A stretch of DNA of 55,840 nt, taken from IMG/VR virus record IMGVR_UViG_3300037493_000570, positions 1-55,840 of that record, one strand, 5' to 3'. A model generated the notes under the pieces. It was not told the DNA's origin and did not search any database. It saw only the letters and a program-made list of their open reading frames with translations. Positions 53,801 to 55,840 of this stretch are shown here, one piece after another. Source of the DNA: a virus. Its lineage: Duplodnaviria > Caudoviricetes. How positions within the stretch are numbered: position 1 is the first letter of the stretch; the number at the start of each line of letters is the position of its first letter. A program made the translations under genes and the position numbers.

Positions 53801-55039
53801 ATGGCTACTACAAAAGCAAAACCCATTAAAGAAGTAAAAGTGGCACCTATCGTGGTGCCAGCGCCTATCGCTAAGGCAGTTCCAAAGGAAGTGAAATTGC
53901 TTCCAAGCGAAAAGCGCAATCTCAAACGCCGTGAAGTAGCAGCAAAGGCTGAACAGGTCTTTGGCACTGGCAAAGGTAGTGCTGAACCTAAGATCAATCC
54001 TATGACATATACGATTGATCTTATGCGTGCATTGAATTATTATAATGCTGCATACGACAGTAAAGACAAACGTAAATGGGCAATGGCCTATGTTGGCAAA
54101 GCACAGGCAAATGAGTTTGATGCTTTGTCTGACTATCACTTCAATTCTGTTGGAACAATCATTCGTATGAAAATGCGTGATGTATTCCTTGAGCCTAAAG
54201 AACTTGACTTCATTGATACTAAATTACAAGAGTTGCGTGAACTATCAGCTGCAGGTGGTTTGACTACATCTTCACTTAAAGGTGGTCCTAAAATTAAAGT
54301 CGATAAGCCAGTCGTATCAGTTCAAGATCGTGTAATCGAAAATGCTTCAAAGCACATCGGTGAAATCAATGGAATGCTTGATGAATTCATTCTTAATGAT
54401 GTTGAACTAGATGTTGCATCATACCTCAAAAGCAATGATGTAAGTCCTGCTGTAAGCAAACTTATTCCACCTGCGTTTATTCGTATGATTGCTGAACTCA
54501 AAGAAGCAATCAAAGGTGAAGACAAACAATTAGTTGAAGGTTATTCTTATCTTAAGAAGATGAAGCTTAAAAAGCTTTTGAAGTCTTATGAAAGTATTGC
54601 AGATGCATGCAGTCAACAGGTTGTTAGTGCCAAAGCAATTAAGAAGCCTACCATTCGAGTTATCAAAGAAAAGCCTGCATCAGTGATTGCAAACAAAGTT
54701 AAGTTCCTACGTGAATTCCCTGAACTTGGTTTGAAATCAGTTATGCCAGCGACAATCGTTGGTGCTTCTGAAGCATGGATTTACAACACTAAGTACAAGA
54801 AGATTCAAGTCTATCGTGCACTTGGTGATGGCAAACTCTCACTTAAAGGTACTACCATCATTAACTATGAAGTAGCATCCTCTGATTCTAAGACTGTGCG
54901 TAAGCCTGAAACAGTTAAGCTCTTTGTTGCAATGGCTCGCAAGACTATAGCTACAGAGTACAAAGCATTGACTACGAAAGTTGCTGCAGTTAACGGTCGT
55001 ATAAATGAAGACTCTATTATCCTTAAGGTGTTCGCATGA
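53801..55039 (+). CDS. Conserved T4-like hypothetical
   Basis: ALNYYN, QLVEGYS, IVGA..W.YNTKYKK, KTVRKPE, NGRINE. Confidence 0.8.
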   Translation: MATTKAKPIKEVKVAPIVVPAPIAKAVPKEVKLLPSEKRNLKRREVAAKAEQVFGTGKGSAEPKINPMTYTIDLMRALNYYNAAYDSKDKRKWAMAYVGKAQANEFDALSDYHFNSVGTIIRMKMRDVFLEPKELDFIDTKLQELRELSAAGGLTTSSLKGGPKIKVDKPVVSVQDRVIENASKHIGEINGMLDEFILNDVELDVASYLKSNDVSPAVSKLIPPAFIRMIAELKEAIKGEDKQLVEGYSYLKKMKLKKLLKSYESIADACSQQVVSAKAIKKPTIRVIKEKPASVIANKVKFLREFPELGLKSVMPATIVGASEAWIYNTKYKKIQVYRALGDGKLSLKGTTIINYEVASSDSKTVRKPETVKLFVAMARKTIATEYKALTTKVAAVNGRINEDSIILKVFA

Positions 55040-55840
55040 TTTTAATTGACTATTCAGCAGTATGTGTTGCGGCAATTCTTGCCTTCTCTGCTGATCTTAA
55101 ACGTGGTTCTGAGAATGAAAAGAAAGATCTCATTCGCCACGTAGCACTGTCTTCTATCCGTTCTTACAAAAAGAAGTACAGCAAGGAATTCGGTGAAATT
55201 GTTATCGCTTGTGATGGTCGCCACTACTGGCGCCGTGAAGTGTTTCAATATTACAAAGGCAATCGTAAGAAAGCCCGTGAAGCATCTGACATCGATTGGA
55301 AGTTGATCTTCGATACGCTGTCTGAGATTCGTAATGATCTGATCGCTCACTTCCCATACAAAGTTATCCTTATTGATCGTGCCGAAGGTGACGATGTCAT
55401 TGCTGTGATCACTGAATCTACTCAAGAGTTTGGTCAGTTTGAACCAGTGATGATCGTATCTTCTGATAACGACTTCGTTCAGCTTCAAGAATACGACAAC
55501 GTAAAGCAATTTAGTCCTATGACTAAGAAATTAATTGCAGTAAATAAGAAGCAACTTCATGAAAAGCTTATCACTCACGTAGTGAAAGCCGGTGATGATG
55601 GTATCCCCAACATCCTATCTGCCGATGACGTCTTTATGACTGGAACTCGTCAGACTTCTGTAAGTGCTAAGCGTCTCGCTGAATTCATTGAGATCGGTAT
55701 CGATGCATGTCGCAATGATCTTGAGCGTGCACGCTGGCAGCGTAACTATACCATGACTAGTTTCAAGTGTATTCCTGAAGACATTAAGGAATCCATCCTT
55801 ACCGCCTACGCTGTCAAGGCTACCGGTGATAAGAACTCGA
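55036..55840 (+). CDS. rnh: T4-type RNase H / 5'-3' exonuclease (3'-truncated)
   Basis: MILIDYS, IACD..YWRR..F.YYKGNRKK, EGDDVIA, SSDNDF.QL, GDDGIPNILS. Confidence 0.93.
   Translation, partial: MILIDYSAVCVAAILAFSADLKRGSENEKKDLIRHVALSSIRSYKKKYSKEFGEIVIACDGRHYWRREVFQYYKGNRKKAREASDIDWKLIFDTLSEIRNDLIAHFPYKVILIDRAEGDDVIAVITESTQEFGQFEPVMIVSSDNDFVQLQEYDNVKQFSPMTKKLIAVNKKQLHEKLITHVVKAGDDGIPNILSADDVFMTGTRQTSVSAKRLAEFIEIGIDACRNDLERARWQRNYTMTSFKCIPEDIKESILTAYAVKATGDKNS

Noticed and set aside
5146-55509. Many short antisense or alternate-frame ORFs in the track
   Set aside because: They lie within well-supported genes and have no motifs or start signals. Only three minus-strand genes and the Rz1-like frame were kept.
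1-55840. tRNA, rRNA, CRISPR array, integrase or transposase
   Set aside because: None seen by eye; the recurring repeats are promoters and UUCG terminators. tRNAscan and CRISPR finders were not run.

Overview
A 55.8-kb segment of a T4-like myophage genome, probably infecting a Gram-negative host (it encodes spanins and lipoproteins). Almost all genes are on the + strand. It runs from the 3' end of the major capsid gene (gp23) to RNase H. The replication/recombination part has gp3, uvsY, uvsW, gp55, gp47/46, a CobT/CobS-like pair, gp45/44/62, regA, hsp20, gp43, uvsX, gp41 and an AEP-type primase. A DNA-modification block, a block of probable head-packaged proteins, lysis genes, thyX, nrdA/nrdB and early accessory genes follow. 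The main highlight is a coupled cytosine-hypermodification operon: dCMP hydroxymethylase, alpha-glucosyltransferase homolog, UDP-sugar dehydrogenase, epimerase/decarboxylase and an atypical C5-methyltransferase. It predicts 5-hmC carrying a non-glucose sugar. Also notable: a covarying RNA structure repeated upstream of two antisense NUMOD3 genes, a ~215-nt structured leader with a ROSE-like thermometer before hsp20, a family of TGTACA-N17-TATAAT promoters, and proteins with capsid-targeting-like N-termini. All family calls come from motif recognition by eye; no database search was run.
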